Below are positions 61,340-64,000 of a DNA stretch of 64,000 nt, piece after piece. How positions within the stretch are numbered: the first letter of the stretch is position 1; the number at the start of each line of letters is the position of its first letter. Location of the stretch: assembly GCA_977017575.1 (NCBI GenBank), contig CDRNVI010000143.1:62001-126000 (forward strand), in the 5' to 3' direction. The notes below the pieces were generated by a model, which worked only from the letters and a program-made list of their open reading frames with translations, was not told the DNA's origin and searched no databases. The DNA comes from Paramoeba atlantica (Eukaryota; Protista; Discosea). A program made the position numbers and the translations under genes.

Positions 61340-63660
61340 ACTTTTTTTGGAAGGGCGCTGGTTTTGTGTGGAGTTTTGGGAGAAGGAAAGAGAATGAGTC
61401 AAAAGAAATGAATTTTATTGTGGGAGAACAACCAAGAGAGTGATTCACATGGGTATCCTTCTCCTTCTTGACTTTCGCAAACACACGTTCCAGTTCCAGT
61501 TCCAGATTATCAGCTGGGAGGGAAGAGAGGGAAGAAGGGACACTTGAAAGAGATCCATTCCCCAAGTTCTCTTTGCCAATCTGAAACAAAAAAATTAAAA
61601 ATTAGTAAAAGAAAAGAAAGAAGAAAAGAGAAAAAAAAAAGGAAATCTTACCTTTTGAACTTCCTTCAGTGCTGAGATCAAACACAAATGAAAGACCTTG
61701 TTATCTCTGTGTGGGCTCCAGTTCAGCAAAATTCCCCCTTCCAAGCGTTCCCAAACTTTCTCTTTTTCAGTCATCACTTGCGACCTGAATGGGAGGATTT
61801 TTTTTCTCAAATAAAAAACCAACATAATCCCACAATTTGTGAAAAAGATAAGTTGTTGAAGGTTGCGGATGGGTGAGTGAGGCGGTGGTAAAAACAATGA
61901 AATGTCGTTCAACTTCTTTCCAAAGAGCAGCACTCTCTTCAATTGTAAGAACCGAAAGGGTAAAGGTCAGAGGAGGGCCTGTGAAGAATTTCAAAGAAAA
62001 ATTAATAAAAAGAAAAAGAAAAAGAAAAAGAAAAAGAAAAAGAAAAAGAAAAATAAAAATAAAAATAAAAATAAAAATAAAAATGAAATTAAAAATGAAA
62101 ATGAAAATAAAAATGAAAAAAAAAACCAGAGAAGAAATAATGAAACAACCCCAACAATCGGAGTTCATGGCACATCAATGGAGATGAGAGTGAGGCAAGG
62201 AGAAATTGGCGAGTCCAAGTGTCCTCCAAACGTTTTTGAAGAAAATTCCGATACACATGCAGATCATTGTAGATGGCATATGCGTTATAAGAATACACCA
62301 AGAATCGATTTGAATGAAGGGGGGGGGTTAAATGACACTGAAACCCTTTCACTATGCACCACTGGGAAAAGGTCTCAGAGTGACCATAGCGATTTCCTGC
62401 CTTTGAGGTCAACGATAATGCCTTTGTGATTCGATAGAGAAACTGAGTTGCAGAGTGTGTATTCATGTCATCGTCTTTTCCAGGAGCCTTCATTCCATAT
62501 TCAGGTTCATCAGTCTTTGGAGGGAAGCCAAGCTCAGGTCCTTTCTCCACACAAATATGCTCAATATCATCCTCCCAGGGCTCATCACCTTCTTCATCTG
62601 AAGTGAGGATACAGGGCTCTTGTGGTGGTAACCAAAGCAGAGGAAACTTGAAGCGCTGAGAGCACTGGTGAAGGGGGTGAGAAAGAGGAACACAAGAGGA
62701 ACAAGAAGAGGAAGAAGAGGAACAAGAAGAGGAAGAAGAGGAAGAGGGCAGAGAGTCATTCTTTTGATTTTTTCCGCAAAGCCTTCAAAAAAGATTCTTC
62801 AACCAAATCACATTTGTGGGCAAAACAACCCAGCTGCACACAAGGGGACTTTCAATCTCTTTCGATAATTCCTGCCACCACACTCCGATTTACATTGGTG
62901 TGGTCCCCATGACACCACAGAATGAAGAAAGAGACAGAGATTGGACAAATTCCTGTGTCTCTGGAAATTCCTTTGCGAGATTTTGCATCTCTTGGAGCAT
63001 TGTTGTTATCTCCTCAGCAACTGACTTTCCATCATGGTTCACATGTTCGTTGAGGCCAAGGAAAATTCTGTCTTTCTGGGTTTGGGCAGCAAGACCCAAA
63101 AGGATTCCGCCGGAGCATCTTGCCATTTGATGGCACCACACGTGGGAAACCTTTTCGCAAAGGAGATCGAGGAATTGACTCCAGATACGAACCTTCAATA
63201 AATGTTGGATTATCAAGCGGAAAATTAATCCTCTCATCCAGAACAATGTGGGCCAAAACACACCCGAAGAGTTCGCCAGTCACACCTCTTCTGCCAGAGT
63301 TCCAGACCTCGACCACGAATCTTACGATTAATACTCGACTCAATCCGTGAGCGTGAGGTAGGTGCAAACTTCCCAGGGATGTTGACGAAGAAACCTTCAT
63401 GCTTTTTGAGCAAGATTATCAGAAGTGCGACAAAACTCACAAAACTGAAAAACGAATTGATAATGCTTTTTGTTGCAGAGAAACATCGCTTTCTTCAACA
63501 GAGACCATTTTTTTTCGAAAAAATTCCAAAAGAATGGAAACAGAAAAATGAACCAAGTGACAACCATTGCTCTGGTGACTTTATTACGTCCCCACACCTG
63601 GACCCAATTGCGAGTGGACTTTCACTGATTTTGACCAATCCCAAACACAAATCCAAAAAG
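61340..63660 (-). pseudogene. Intron-containing hAT-like transposase relic
   Basis: Across frames: MGDHTNVN (second Asp), QLGCFAHKCDL (CxxH), SNRFLVYSYNA, RLLGLFHYFFS/GPP joined across a GT...CAG intron, and PADNLELELERVFAK (catalytic Glu in an ERxF motif). Stops and frameshifts present. Confidence 0.55.
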
Positions 63661-64000
63661 AAGAGGTAAATCAAGGGTCAAAAAAGACCTCTTCTTTTCG
63701 CACCTTCAAAAAGGCTGGTGCGCAATCTTGCTACGGGTCCAGGCTAAAAGAAGAGAAAAAACCTTTGAAAGGGCAAATTGACGAAGTCGCTCGCTCTAAA
63801 AAAAAAAAGAAAAAGAAAAAGAAAAAGGAAAGAAAGAAAAAAGAAAAAAAGAAAAAGAAAAAGAAAAAGAAAAGAAAAAGAGAAAAAAAGAAAGAAAAAA
63901 GGAAAGGAAAAAAAGAAAAAAAAAAGGAAAAAAAGGGGAAAAAAGAGAAAAAAAGAGCGAGACCAAGCTCAAAAAAAAAGAAATAGAAAAGAAAAAGAAA

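Overview
A eukaryotic window using the standard genetic code, most likely from an amoeboid protist (inferred from the 18S 3' end GCGGATGGATCATT and long AT-rich rRNA expansions). It is dominated by purine/pyrimidine low-complexity DNA and a dense, nested cluster of transposable elements. Host genes are few: a 3-unit polyubiquitin, a PB1/coiled-coil protein, one 5S rRNA, three tRNAs (Met-CAT, His-GTG, Gly-TCC) and one complete 18S-5.8S-28S rDNA unit on the minus strand. Mobile DNA includes a CRE-clade non-LTR element whose poly(A) tail lies about 38 bp from the 5S gene, an L1-like relic with C-terminal RNase H, three piggyBac-like relics, a compact Harbinger/IS5-like element, and pogo-like and hAT-like relics. 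Two young chromodomain Ty3/gypsy copies share an in-frame deletion of the RT core yet keep Gag, protease and integrase, and their LTRs end TG...CT. The most striking signal is an intron-containing RAG1/Transib-like transposase gene (about 55.5-57.9 kb) in which the second catalytic Asp and all four Zn ligands are substituted while the long ORF stays open. All family calls are motif recognition by eye; no database search was run. Most short ORFs in the supplied track are artefacts of low-complexity sequence.
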